Source of the DNA: Chamaesiphon sp.
Lineage (GTDB): Bacteria; Cyanobacteriota; Cyanobacteriia; Cyanobacteriales; Chamaesiphonaceae
Direction: 5' to 3'
Length of the DNA: 64,000 nucleotides
Assembly: GCA_965246715.1 (NCBI GenBank)
Contig: CBDFFH010000015.1
Coordinates: 256,001-320,000, forward strand
Part shown: in pieces, positions 10,084 to 20,309 of the stretch
How positions within the stretch are numbered: the stretch's first letter is position 1
How the letters are laid out: the number at the start of each line of letters is the position of its first letter
The notes under the pieces: model-generated
Told to the model about the DNA's origin: nothing
Seen by the model: the letters and a program-made list of their open reading frames with translations, nothing else
Database searches by the model: none
Program-made: the position numbers and the translations under genes

Positions 10084-10437
10084 AACTGCAAATGACTTAC
10101 CACAACCACAGCTTTGCGAAGCGTTAGGATTGGTGAATTGGAATCCACCACCGATCATGGCATCGCTGTAGTCGAGGACGAGACCATAAACATATAACAT
10201 ACTCTTGCGATCGCAGACTAGTTTGAAGCCACCATAGTCGCAGACTTCATCGTCATCGCGAATTTGACTGGGATCTTCAAAATCCATCACGTAGGACATC
10301 CCCGAACAACCACCTTGGCGCACGCCAACGCGCAAGCAGAGGTCTTTGCCTTGTTTTTCGCGCAGTGCGACGACGTGTGCGAGGGCGCTGTCGGTCATTT
10401 GGATGCTAGCTTTGGCGGGGGTAATTACTTCAGACAT
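10081..10437 (-). CDS. iscA: Fe-S cluster assembly accessory protein (HesB/IscA/SufA)
   Basis: GGCSGMSY and NPNASQSCGCGKSF motifs. Confidence 0.92.
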   Translation of the reverse strand: MSEVITPAKASIQMTDSALAHVVALREKQGKDLCLRVGVRQGGCSGMSYVMDFEDPSQIRDDDEVCDYGGFKLVCDRKSMLYVYGLVLDYSDAMIGGGFQFTNPNASQSCGCGKSFAV

Positions 10438-10873
10438 AGTTGCGATAAACTCCTAATGAACGATCGATGGCAAATTGCTTGAGTGTCAGATCGATCTAAA
10501 CCTTAATCTATGTTAACTTCTCTGACCCGATCGGTGCCGACCGGAAATTACCGAATAAAATCGGAGAGAAGGTAAGCTTAACATCTTGGATCGAATTAAT
10601 TAGTTGATGGTGTGAAGGGCAAAAGGTAAAGCAGCGCCCTCGGCACCTGTTTCACTTTACGTTTACCCAGATCGACCAGAATTTTTACTTTGGTACGGGA
10701 TGTGAGTAAGGATACCTCAATAGAATAACGCTACACATCCAGTAATTAGGGGATTTGAAATAAAAAGTAAGTGACGAGCCTGACGTGCCACTTGGTGAAG
10801 ATCGCATCCCGACACTACACTTGCATTGTTTCACCATCCTAACTTAGCTCGATTCCTAGGTGCAATTTTGATT

Positions 10874-12481
10874 ATGACGGCGATTAGTCTTTCAACTCAA
10901 CGGCGACTGCAACAACTCCCGCAAATTCCCAGCGTGTGGGAGGGCGACCGGCGGCATGTGGATCGATTGGTAGAAGAGTTGGAATTAGAGCATACCGAGG
11001 ATCGGCGCGAATTGATCGTGTGGGTCGATGGGGTAGAAGGAGTCGTTCGATCGATGGAAGTTGTCAATCCAGCAATGGGTAGCGAAGCAATCGTGCGCGC
11101 GCTGATCAAGGCCATGGAAGCACCCCAAGCGCCCTCCCAACCCGCACGTCCGCAGAAAATCATCGTGCGCGATCGCCAATTACAATTTTACCTGCGCGGT
11201 GTATTGCAAGATCTAGAGATCGTGGTGGAGTATGTGCCGGAATTACCGATTATCGATGAATTATTTCATCGTTTTGCGGATATGGCAGGCCTCCGCGCTC
11301 CTAAATTACAGCGGAGGTATCTCGATCTGCTCAAGGCGACAGCTCGCGAGATTTGGGATTTGGCTCCGTGGTCGATGCTTGCAGATTATGAGGCGATCTC
11401 GATCGAGTTAAATGAGTGGGATATCGAGAAATTTTATGTCTCGGTGATGGGCATGCTCGGCATGGAATATGGGATCTTATTATATCGATCGGCGGAATCC
11501 CTGCAACGGTTTCGGGCGATGGCGCTAAATGAAGATGGGATTCAAGATATGGAATCAGCGTTCTTGTCTCAAGACTGTATCTTTGTCACATTCGATGCGA
11601 GTGCGCCAGATTTAGTCAACGATCTCAGTAGCTTACCTGCTAGCGAGATCGAACCTAACTTCGGAAATATCCATCCCATGGAAGGTATGCGCCCGTTCTT
11701 GTACGAAGAAGAAGCGATCGCGACTCAAGTAGCATTGGTTGCGCTCAAAGGGTTTATAAACGCTTTTACGCAGCAACTACAGGTAGATGATTTACCACCG
11801 CTGCACGAGCGGATCGGTGTGACCGCACCCGATACGAACACGCACAAACAGGTCGCAGTCGAAACTCTCCCCGAACTATCTCGAGAACTCCTCCAGATGC
11901 ACTTAGCTGTAGATGCTGATGAAGATGAATTCGACCCCTTAGAGCTGCCGATTCGGGAAGACTTAATCCCAGAGGATGCGCTCGTCGGTCTCGAAATAAT
12001 GTCCTGGGAGCGCGTAGAAACAATCCGATTGGCAGATATTTATCATCAAATTAGCGAAGTCCGACCAATTGGGGAAGGATTTCCCGTGATTACTATCCAA
12101 ACTACCAGACCCAGAGCCAAAGAGATGCTGCAACGCATCCAACAAGCTGGCGGGTTACAGGGAATTTGCTTCAATCCTGGCGAAGATCTCCTCGCTGGAT
12201 CTAGCTTCGACTTGGGCATTCTCCAGCTAGCAGATGGAGAAATGCAGGTGTTTGGCGAGTTTCATCATGATAGTGCGACCCAGTTGGCAGACCGGAAGAA
12301 GTGGCACCGAGTTAGCAAAAAAAATCAGGGTTATTGTGGCTTGGTCATCGCCCAAGGTTTGACAGGTAAAGCTCGTGGTAATCCTGGCGTTCGGGACATC
12401 CTCGCGTCACTAGAAACAAAATATTTATCTACCGAGGAATTGGGATTGGGCACATTGCAACTGATGCCGCATTTTGACTAG
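10874..12481 (+). CDS. Conserved cyanobacterial hypothetical protein
   Basis: Long ORF with PQIPSVWEGDRR and VMGMLGMEYGILLYRS motifs; ATG at 10874 preferred over upstream TTG. Confidence 0.75.
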   Translation: MTAISLSTQRRLQQLPQIPSVWEGDRRHVDRLVEELELEHTEDRRELIVWVDGVEGVVRSMEVVNPAMGSEAIVRALIKAMEAPQAPSQPARPQKIIVRDRQLQFYLRGVLQDLEIVVEYVPELPIIDELFHRFADMAGLRAPKLQRRYLDLLKATAREIWDLAPWSMLADYEAISIELNEWDIEKFYVSVMGMLGMEYGILLYRSAESLQRFRAMALNEDGIQDMESAFLSQDCIFVTFDASAPDLVNDLSSLPASEIEPNFGNIHPMEGMRPFLYEEEAIATQVALVALKGFINAFTQQLQVDDLPPLHERIGVTAPDTNTHKQVAVETLPELSRELLQMHLAVDADEDEFDPLELPIREDLIPEDALVGLEIMSWERVETIRLADIYHQISEVRPIGEGFPVITIQTTRPRAKEMLQRIQQAGGLQGICFNPGEDLLAGSSFDLGILQLADGEMQVFGEFHHDSATQLADRKKWHRVSKKNQGYCGLVIAQGLTGKARGNPGVRDILASLETKYLSTEELGLGTLQLMPHFD

Positions 12482-12838
12482 GGCATGTATTATGGTAAAA
12501 ATTTAGTTAAATAACAATCGACAGATTGTAGTTGTGAATTTAACTCGATCGAGCGGGAAGTATAGATCTTAGAACGATCTATTTTGTGAGGCTCGGATCG
12601 CTCTGCAACTGACAGATGGCAAACTCGAAGCTCGCACGTCGTCATCAGACGCTCGAGATCGTGATAAATTCAGCCTTAGAAGTAGTCAGAAAAGGGTTTT
12701 GTAGGCGATAGTAGATGGGGATGTATATTTCGATCTAATGTAAAGATCTGTGAATCCATTCGCTCCCGCATTTAATGCTATCAAACTGCCTTGCCGAGGC
12801 TGCTAATAATATCTCTCCTGTGTTCTGTTGTCATCCCT

Positions 12839-15016
12839 ATGCTTATCTGTCCCTACTGTCGATCGATAAATCCACAACATCATAATTTTTGTCAGGGTTG
12901 TGGCCGATCGTTAAAGCACCATATCTGTCATAGTTGTGGCGGTAATGTAGAATTTGATGCCGAACATTGTGCTCGATGCCAAGCACCAAGTGGTGTTTAC
13001 TGGTGGGCAATTATCGAGCCGACAGCGCAATCGATCGCTGATGCGGTAGATATTGCTTCGGACTTAGCCGCACCTCAAGCGGATTTGTTGCCGCAGTCAA
13101 TCGGCGATAATGCTCCGAATCGACAACCGATCTTGCCAGTTGCTAGCGATCTCGATCTGGCAACGGTCGAACTAGAAGCAAATCCTTGGGATTTCCCCGC
13201 TGTATTACCGACAGCTTCAGCTAACAACGCACCTGAGAACTTACAGTTAGAAACACCGCTAGATGACTTAGCGCTCGATCCGTGGGATCTACCACAGCCA
13301 GGATCGCAGTCAACGAGCCAGTCGCTACCAAATGCTAACCTTAGTGTGACTGACACGGATAAATTATCCGATTCGGGTAACCATTCAGAGCGGAGTGAGT
13401 TCGTAGCGACTACATATCTGGACGTGCAATGTCGTTATCGCTTGCTCGATCCGGTAGTCATCCAACTGCTAACGCCTCACGATTCTAGCCAAGTGCGGGT
13501 AATCGATCGTCAACCTTTGTGCAACTCTTCCTTGGAGATCTTAATGGAGCAAGAACCAGTCACATTAGACAGTTCTACTGTCAACCGTAAACCTGAAGAA
13601 TATCGCCAATGGCAATTTTGGAATACGCATGGGATTCCCAAAGTCGCGCAGGCATATATCGCGCTCCAAGTAAGTCTGCCAGGAACGATCCCCGCGATTC
13701 ACGATGGTTGGGATGACGATCGGAAAACTGTCACGGTGGTGGAAGATCGCAGTAACTGGATTCAGCTATCAGACCGCTGGAACGATCCGCAAATTCCATC
13801 ATCGCAAACGATCTATTGGTTAGACTATACCCTCAAGTTGTGGGTAGCATTGGAACCGTGGCAAATGCGTCAAAGTTTATTGGAGGTTGCCAATTTATTG
13901 TTAGATGAGGATGCGCGGATCTGCTTTCAACGACTTTATCCAGAACGTACCGATCGCCAACTCAAGCTTGCCGATCTCGCTAAACTCTGGCACAACTTGT
14001 TCGAGCGCGCCAACCAACCACCTTCATCATCGTTGACAGGCTTGATTCATGCGATCGAAAGCGGCGAAATCGAGCGCGTTGAGGAGGTGAGATCCCGACT
14101 GCAACAAATTGCTTACGAACTCGAACCCAAACAACTCAGCGCACCGCTTCAGTCTTCTAATTCTGCCGATTTAAGCGTCCCCGTCGAAGCACCCACCTTT
14201 GCCATCGCCCAAAAATTACTCGAATTAGAAGACGCTGCTGCTACACATACTGGTCGAAAACGCGACCACAACGAGGATTGCTTTGGGATTGTCAGTAGGG
14301 TCGATCGCCGAAATAGCCCCAAAGGTAAAAATATTTCAGCCAAAGGTTTATATATCCTCTGCGATGGTATGGGCGGACATGCGGGTGGCGAGATTGCTAG
14401 CGCAATGACGGTAGATTTGTTACGGGATTATTTTGATGCGCGTTGGGGCGATACACTCCCCGATGAGCAAACAATCCGTGAAGGCATCGTCACCGCCAAC
14501 GAAGCTGTCTTCAAAATTAATGAAAAAAACGCTGCTCATGGTAGCGGCAGAATGGGTACGACGCTGGTATTGGTGTTAGTTCAAGAACAAAATATTGCGG
14601 TAGCTCATGTCGGCGATTCTCGATGTTATGGGATTACGCCCACGCAGGGGCTGATTCAACTTACCTTGGATCATGAGGTCGGACAACAAGATATCCTCCG
14701 TGGTGTCGATCCGGAAATTGCTTACGGTCGTCCCGATTCTTATCAATTGACTCAAGCGATCGGGCCGCGCGATCGTAATTATATCGCGCCAGACATTAGA
14801 TTTTTTGAATTGCAAGAAGATACGCTGATCCTATTAGCTTCAGATGGTTTGACTGACAATCAACTCCTCGAAAATTACTGGCTCACCAACGTCGCACCCC
14901 TGCTCTCGGTAAATGCCAATCTCCAACATGGAGTAGAAAGATTAATCGATTTTGCCAATGAATACAATGGTCATGACAATATTACCGCGATCGTCGTCCG
15001 CGCCCAAATGGGTTAA
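12839..15016 (+). CDS. PP2C Ser/Thr phosphatase with N-terminal double zinc ribbon
   Basis: N-terminal CxxC pairs; RDHNED, CDGMGGH, HVGDSR, SDGLTD and GHDNIT motifs. Confidence 0.92.
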   Translation: MLICPYCRSINPQHHNFCQGCGRSLKHHICHSCGGNVEFDAEHCARCQAPSGVYWWAIIEPTAQSIADAVDIASDLAAPQADLLPQSIGDNAPNRQPILPVASDLDLATVELEANPWDFPAVLPTASANNAPENLQLETPLDDLALDPWDLPQPGSQSTSQSLPNANLSVTDTDKLSDSGNHSERSEFVATTYLDVQCRYRLLDPVVIQLLTPHDSSQVRVIDRQPLCNSSLEILMEQEPVTLDSSTVNRKPEEYRQWQFWNTHGIPKVAQAYIALQVSLPGTIPAIHDGWDDDRKTVTVVEDRSNWIQLSDRWNDPQIPSSQTIYWLDYTLKLWVALEPWQMRQSLLEVANLLLDEDARICFQRLYPERTDRQLKLADLAKLWHNLFERANQPPSSSLTGLIHAIESGEIERVEEVRSRLQQIAYELEPKQLSAPLQSSNSADLSVPVEAPTFAIAQKLLELEDAAATHTGRKRDHNEDCFGIVSRVDRRNSPKGKNISAKGLYILCDGMGGHAGGEIASAMTVDLLRDYFDARWGDTLPDEQTIREGIVTANEAVFKINEKNAAHGSGRMGTTLVLVLVQEQNIAVAHVGDSRCYGITPTQGLIQLTLDHEVGQQDILRGVDPEIAYGRPDSYQLTQAIGPRDRNYIAPDIRFFELQEDTLILLASDGLTDNQLLENYWLTNVAPLLSVNANLQHGVERLIDFANEYNGHDNITAIVVRAQMG

Positions 15017-15056
15017 GCAATTATGAGTTATGAATTAAATTAAATTATCTTCATGA

Positions 15057-15833
15057 CTAGCTAATATTTCGATGAACTAACGTCGGTGTCGCTTGAGCCG
15101 TTGGCACGAGGAGAATTTCGCTGATATTGACATGGGCTGGACGATTCAGACAGAAGAAAATTGTTTCAGCGATATCCTCAGCCGTCAGTGGTTGTAACCC
15201 CTCGTAGACTTTTGCGGCGCGGGTAGTATCACCATGAAAGCGCACCGTACTAAATTCAGTATCGACCAAGCCAGGAGCGATCGACGTGACTCTTACTGGA
15301 GTACCGAGCAAATCGATTTTTAGACCTTCAGAAATCGATCGCACTGCTGCCTTGGTGCCACAATAAACATTACCTTGTGGATAGGTCTGATGCCCCGCAA
15401 TCGACCCGAGATTTACCACATGACCGCAACCTCGTGTTACCATCCCTGGCACGACCGCTCTAGTCACGTACAGCAGCCCTTTAATGTTGGTATCGATCAT
15501 TTCCTCCCAATCGTCGATTTCACCTTCTTGGAGCTTGTTTAAGCCCCGACTCAGACCAGCATTGTTGATAAGAATGTCGATCGCCTGCCAATCTGGAGGC
15601 AGTCCACTTAATACCGATACCACCTGCGCTCGATCGCGGACATCTGCTGTCAGTGGGTGCAGGTGCGATCGAGCGATGCCACTGGCTACCAATTCAGCTA
15701 CCAGCGTTGCTAGCTTGTCCTCGCGTCTGGCGAGCAGCAATAATCTCGCACCCTCGCCAGCAAACAACCGCGCACAAGCAGCCCCGATCCCGCTACTAGC
15801 TCCCGTGATTAAAATTATTTTTCGATCGAGCAT
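15057..15833 (-). CDS. SDR oxidoreductase (YdfG-like)
   Basis: TGASSGIG, NNAG and YCGTK motifs. Confidence 0.92.
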   Translation of the reverse strand: MLDRKIILITGASSGIGAACARLFAGEGARLLLLARREDKLATLVAELVASGIARSHLHPLTADVRDRAQVVSVLSGLPPDWQAIDILINNAGLSRGLNKLQEGEIDDWEEMIDTNIKGLLYVTRAVVPGMVTRGCGHVVNLGSIAGHQTYPQGNVYCGTKAAVRSISEGLKIDLLGTPVRVTSIAPGLVDTEFSTVRFHGDTTRAAKVYEGLQPLTAEDIAETIFFCLNRPAHVNISEILLVPTAQATPTLVHRNIS

Positions 15834-15919
15834 GTACGAACTTGTTAATGATGGATTGCTATAAGCTAATGCGATGAAATCGAGGAATTAAGATTGTCAT
15901 TCTGCGCTAGCCCCTGGAT

Positions 15920-16225
15920 TTAAGGGCCAGCAAATACAGCGTTTTCAATATCTTGGCGACTGAGCGAATATTTGAACGTCCGATAGATATTCCGATCTCC
16001 AGAAGAACTTTGGGCTATCGATCGCGCATCATCGCTACCATTGGGATGATATCGAACTGTCAGTTCTTCAATATCGAGACACAAATGCGCTTTCCATTCC
16101 GGCTTGGTAATATGCCAGCAGTGTAGCTCGTTGTCATCTTGCTCGCAGCCCATCGAGATCAGCCATTGTTCGATTTCTGGCAACGGATGATTGTAAAGGG
16201 GTGTATCGATAGGTAATGAGGTCAT
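15920..16225 (-). CDS. DUF3143 protein
   Basis: DTPLYNHPLPEIEQWL and FKYSLSRQDIE motifs. Confidence 0.8.
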   Translation of the reverse strand: MTSLPIDTPLYNHPLPEIEQWLISMGCEQDDNELHCWHITKPEWKAHLCLDIEELTVRYHPNGSDDARSIAQSSSGDRNIYRTFKYSLSRQDIENAVFAGP

Positions 16226-16274
16226 GAATGATATCGATCGAATCGATCTCGATTTGGTGTAGAGGGATCGCTTA

Positions 16275-16928
16275 CTAGTTTAGCTCGATCGAGCGCTCTT
16301 CAGCCACCGCAGCCAAATCTGCCGGAGTATTACAGTTTGCCAAACAGCGACGATCGATAACCGTTAATTCTGTCACCGTGCAGGTTGCCAGCCAACCTTG
16401 GAAAGATCTCCCCCCACGCTCTGTATACTCGACGAGCGAGTCGAGGCAACTCCGGCGATAAAAACCGCACAGTGGCTCCCAACCTTTATCGAGCTGCTTG
16501 GGTAGATAGGCGATGGTGTCAGCCGGGAGGGAACTCAATCGATCGATCCATGCTTGTAAAACTGGAGTTGATAAATTGGGCAAGTCACAAGCCAGTAATA
16601 ATACCCACACAGAACTAACTTCCGCCAATCCTTGCCGAAAACCCATCAGGGGGCCGCGATCGGGTTGCAGTTCGGGGATAAAATGACAGTCTGTTGGTAA
16701 GAGCGATCGATAGCGTTCAGCCCAGGGGGTAACGATCTGAATGCGATCGGCTAAGACAGTACCGAGATTTTGACATCGAGCCACAACATCATAAATTTGC
16801 CGAATCATCGGCACGCAATCGCTCCCGGTGGCGCTCGGCACGAGGATCGTGGCTTTATCTCGACCCATCCGCGAACTGCGACCGCCAGCTAAAATAATTG
16901 CGGATAAAAAGTGCGAATCGAGTGTCAA
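16275..16928 (-). CDS. mobA: Molybdenum cofactor guanylyltransferase
   Basis: LAGGRSSRMGRDKA, GPL, LACDLP and EPLCGFY motifs. Confidence 0.92.
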   Translation of the reverse strand: MTLDSHFLSAIILAGGRSSRMGRDKATILVPSATGSDCVPMIRQIYDVVARCQNLGTVLADRIQIVTPWAERYRSLLPTDCHFIPELQPDRGPLMGFRQGLAEVSSVWVLLLACDLPNLSTPVLQAWIDRLSSLPADTIAYLPKQLDKGWEPLCGFYRRSCLDSLVEYTERGGRSFQGWLATCTVTELTVIDRRCLANCNTPADLAAVAEERSIELN

Positions 16929-17002
16929 AATTGCATAACCTACGATAATAAGTTCCTACTCTAGCGCCACTCCCGATCGGTGAGAGATTGAGATCTCTGT
17001 CT

Positions 17003-17488
17003 TTAATAACCCGATGGCGGTTGAGCTGTAGACGATATTTTTGCTGATGAGGTAGCAGGTAATGGTTTCAGCGGGCGCAATGGTGCACTCGGCACGAATA
17101 ACATTTGTTTAGGATCTGGCTGGATCAGCTCATTGTGAGGCTGTTCGGCGGCGATCGCCAATTGGTGTTTGATACTCTCGACGATCGCGCCCTGTTGGCG
17201 CTCCTGGACTTGAAGCCGTTTTAACTGTCCGTGTTGCTGCTTCCAGACATCTTGAGTGTAAACGGTATATCCATAGCCGATCGCACTCAACCCAAACACG
17301 ATGCCAAACACGAGCGTCGCACCCCGTTGCAGAGTCAGGAGCGAGCGCAACCATACAGGCGTTGAATGCCGATCGAGCGATCGCACCCGCTCTCGATGTG
17401 GATCTAGTTCTACTATCGGCGATCGCGTTGACGAATGAGCCGCGCTTGCGGCACGAGCCTGCGGAAGTGGAAAGTTGGGCTGAGACAT
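17003..17488 (-). CDS. Hypothetical single-TM coiled-coil protein (FtsL-like architecture)
   Basis: One TM segment followed by a coiled coil and Pro-rich tail. Confidence 0.6.
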   Translation of the reverse strand: MSQPNFPLPQARAASAAHSSTRSPIVELDPHRERVRSLDRHSTPVWLRSLLTLQRGATLVFGIVFGLSAIGYGYTVYTQDVWKQQHGQLKRLQVQERQQGAIVESIKHQLAIAAEQPHNELIQPDPKQMLFVPSAPLRPLKPLPATSSAKISSTAQPPSGY

Positions 17489-17654
17489 AGAGCGATCTCT
17501 AGATGGTAGTAGCGGGCTGAATGATTATCTGTCTTAACATGCCGATCGGTAGCTAGCTGAGTGCTCGACCAGAAAATTAACACGTTTGGGTTAGATCTTC
17601 TAGTTTGATATACTATCATTTTTTGATGAGACCCCTCACTTTTTCCCGTAAGCG

Positions 17655-17990
17655 ATGCAGCCACAAATAGCGTCTCGACTTTTCTCGCTGTTATTACTAG
17701 TGCCGATCGGTTGGCAAATCGCGCTCCCCGCCGTTCGGGCTAATCCGCTCCCACCGCCTACCGATATTCCCGAAGAAATCCTCAGAGCCGAAATTATTAC
17801 CGAAGCCAGATCGCCGATCGATGGTAAACCTTTGTCAGCTAGCGAATTTGCCGAATTAGCGATCGACCTCCAAGAGCAACTCAGTCGCAGTGAGGCAGCA
17901 GTGGCGAGTAACAATCCCCGAGTTAAAGAAGTATTATTCTTGCTACGGTTGCGGGGCTTGCTCCGATCGGTAGGCTTGCCCATTAAATAA
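17655..17990 (+). CDS. Conserved cyanobacterial hypothetical exported protein
   Basis: Signal peptide; LPPPTDIPEEILRAEIITEARSPIDGKPL. Confidence 0.7.
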   Translation: MQPQIASRLFSLLLLVPIGWQIALPAVRANPLPPPTDIPEEILRAEIITEARSPIDGKPLSASEFAELAIDLQEQLSRSEAAVASNNPRVKEVLFLLRLRGLLRSVGLPIK

Positions 17991-18007
17991 ACCCAAATTG
18001 CTACCTA

Positions 18008-18305
18008 ACGTGAGTTTCTCCGGTAGGAGAAACTATGCCAACGGAATAAGGATATCCAACCTAATCTGTACCCCCAATCCACGTTTTACCGATCGATCGA
18101 CCCCACCCACAGCGCGATTCCCATTGCGGAGCTAATGCGAAGCGCGCCAAACTGCCCACAGATCGACCCTTGTGCAGGGGAGTTTGAGGGGCGGCACTCC
18201 GCCCTTCAACGGGGGGTCTGGGGGAAGCGGCTCGCGCCCGTCGGGTTTCCCGACGCGAAAAGCGAGACAAGACAGCCTCCCCCAGATCCGGGTTTTGCCC
18301 CCACC
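18008..18305. mobile_element. GC-rich ~300-bp repeat, family B, copy 1
   Basis: Begins acgtgagtttctc; inverted homolog of 59633-59931 (shared ataaggatatccaacctaatctg and gcggagctaatgcgaagcgcgccaa). Right boundary approximate. Confidence 0.8.
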
Positions 18306-18425
18306 AGTAAAACTCGCATCCCACAAATATACACCGCTTGCCACTTCGCTTTGGACAAGTCTTATGCACAACAACAACTTGGATTAAATAAATTAACGCG
18401 GGCGCAAATGCCCGAAATCGCGATG

Positions 18426-19178
18426 TTATGGTTCGCCAGCCATAAATTCTAAATAATTTGCGGTTAATTCCTTCACTGCCACATCGAAAAATTGTTTGCC
18501 ATGTTCGGGCGTAGCGAGACTGGGATCGGAACCCATTCGGCCATCGGGGTAACGACGGCGAAAATCTGCTGCGCCGAGAATTTTGCGCTCCTTCGTGAGG
18601 AGATCTGGGTCTAATGGCGTATATTTAATTGCTTCGGGATAGATATACTGGGTGAGAGCAATTTCCGAAGGGGTGGCATGAGAGCCTTCTCGATCGCCAT
18701 ATAGTTCTTTCGCAAGCCGATAGACCCCACCACTCATAAACCAATTAGCCGTTACACATTCCACTCGATCGGCAGTTGGGACATTTAGATCTGCTAAATG
18801 TGCATAAGTTTCTGAAAAAGCTGCCTTCAGGGTAGCAATATTTCCACCATGACCGTTAATAAAAAAGAACTTAGTAAACCCCGATCGTGCCAAGCAGGTA
18901 ATATAATCTCGGATGACTAAAATCAGGGTACTCGGACGCAAACTAATCGTTCCTGGAAAATCGGCATGATGCAGTGCCATACCAACATTAATCGTCGGTG
19001 CCACGATCGCCTGAGCTGTCGCACCCACTGCTATAGAGATTGCCTCAGCACAGATCGCATCCGTGCCGATCGCCCCAGTCGGGCCATGTTGTTCGGTCGA
19101 ACCGATCGGCACGATAATGCCCTGAGAATGCTGGAGATAACTCTCAACTTCCGTCCAAGTACTGAGGTGTAAACGCAT
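18426..19178 (-). CDS. Creatininase-family protein
   Basis: PIGSTEQHGP, GTD, NGHGGN and HATPSE motifs. Confidence 0.9.
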   Translation of the reverse strand: MRLHLSTWTEVESYLQHSQGIIVPIGSTEQHGPTGAIGTDAICAEAISIAVGATAQAIVAPTINVGMALHHADFPGTISLRPSTLILVIRDYITCLARSGFTKFFFINGHGGNIATLKAAFSETYAHLADLNVPTADRVECVTANWFMSGGVYRLAKELYGDREGSHATPSEIALTQYIYPEAIKYTPLDPDLLTKERKILGAADFRRRYPDGRMGSDPSLATPEHGKQFFDVAVKELTANYLEFMAGEP

Positions 19179-19354
19179 GTTTTGATATGATTAGCGATCG
19201 GAAGAGCAGCTGAGATTGCCAGTTAGTAACTATGCGTCACCAAACTGTAAGATTGTGACAAATACGCTCGCCTGCTATTAATAATGTAACCGAAAAAAAT
19301 CTACATCCCGATTTACCAACAAAGTTACCGCTCGTTTTCCTTCACCAGTTAGTT

Positions 19355-20116
19355 GTGATGATGCTCGCACTTAATATGTCGAATCCATCTGCAAGTCAGA
19401 CACCAGGCACCGTCACCAATCGCGTTTTAGTGGTAGAAGATGAAGAATCGATCAGAGAATTGCTAGTTCTGGGTCTAGAAGAGGAAGGTTATGAGGTAGT
19501 TGCTGTAGCCGACGGGCATACAGCGCTAGCGAAATGTCAAGCACGAGTTCCTCAAATTCTGGATTTTCCCTTTGACTTGATTATCCTCGACCTGATGTTG
19601 CCGCAAGTCAACGGTCTCGATCTGTGCCGCTTTCTACGATATCAAGGCAATCATGTACCAATTTTAATGGTCAGTGCCAAAACAACTGAAACCGATCGGG
19701 TATTGGGCTTAGAAGTGGGTGCGGATGACTATATCAGCAAGCCGTTTAGTATGCGGGAGTTAGTCGCTCGGTGTCGCGCCCTCCTCCGTCGCCATCGATT
19801 TAATGTATCTCCCGACACGCCTATATTGCAATTCCAAGATATTACCCTCTATCCCGAAGAATGTCGGGTATTGGTTAGGGGTGCGGGTGTCTTATTATCC
19901 CCGAAAGAATTTCGCTTGTTGGAGCTATTTATGCAGCACCCCCGTCGCGTCTGGGCGCGAGAGCAATTACTCGATCGGGTGTGGGGTAGCGACTTTATCG
20001 GCGATCGCAAAACCGTTGACGTTCACATCCGCTGGCTCCGCGAAAAACTCGAAACCGACCCCAGCCAGCCGCAGTATATTATTACCGTGCGGGGATTTGG
20101 GTATAGGTTTGGGTAG
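19355..20116 (+). CDS. sphR: OmpR/PhoB-family response regulator, SphR-like
   Basis: VVEDE, LDLMLP and KPF receiver motifs; winged helix KTVDVHIRWLREKLE..TVRGFGYRFG. Exact start uncertain. Confidence 0.75.
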   Translation: MMMLALNMSNPSASQTPGTVTNRVLVVEDEESIRELLVLGLEEEGYEVVAVADGHTALAKCQARVPQILDFPFDLIILDLMLPQVNGLDLCRFLRYQGNHVPILMVSAKTTETDRVLGLEVGADDYISKPFSMRELVARCRALLRRHRFNVSPDTPILQFQDITLYPEECRVLVRGAGVLLSPKEFRLLELFMQHPRRVWAREQLLDRVWGSDFIGDRKTVDVHIRWLREKLETDPSQPQYIITVRGFGYRFG

Positions 20117-20117
20117 T

Positions 20118-20272
20118 CTCACATCTTGTATCAATGCATAGATACTATTACTGCCACAACCTCTGGGTACCCACAAGGGGCACCCCTACAGGTAACTTGT
20201 AGGGGTGCCCCTTGTGGGTACCCTCAGATCTCAGCTTATTAATAATACTTTCATGCTGGTGCAAGATGTGAG
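20118..20272. mobile_element. MITE, family C, enclosing a 26-bp-arm GTAG-type palindrome
   Basis: TIRs ctcacatcttgtatca / tggtgcaagatgtgag; TAGT on both flanks; palindrome at 20165-20223. Confidence 0.85.
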
Positions 20273-20309
20273 TAGTGAAATATCCAACTTCAGGAAAAAG
20301 GTCTAGTGG

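Noticed and set aside
15992..16026. SDR-like insertion in the DUF3143 gene
   Set aside because: The protein looks locally extended, but the segment whose removal restores CGATCG is 22 nt, not a multiple of 3, so it cannot be delimited cleanly.
18061..18452. Four short overlapping ORFs (and similar ones at 59670-60009)
   Set aside because: They lie within GC-rich repeat family B; the frames are not consistently conserved between the copies.
19300..19345. Pho box upstream of the sphR-like gene
   Set aside because: Only weak ttacc repeats, without a convincing 11-bp period.
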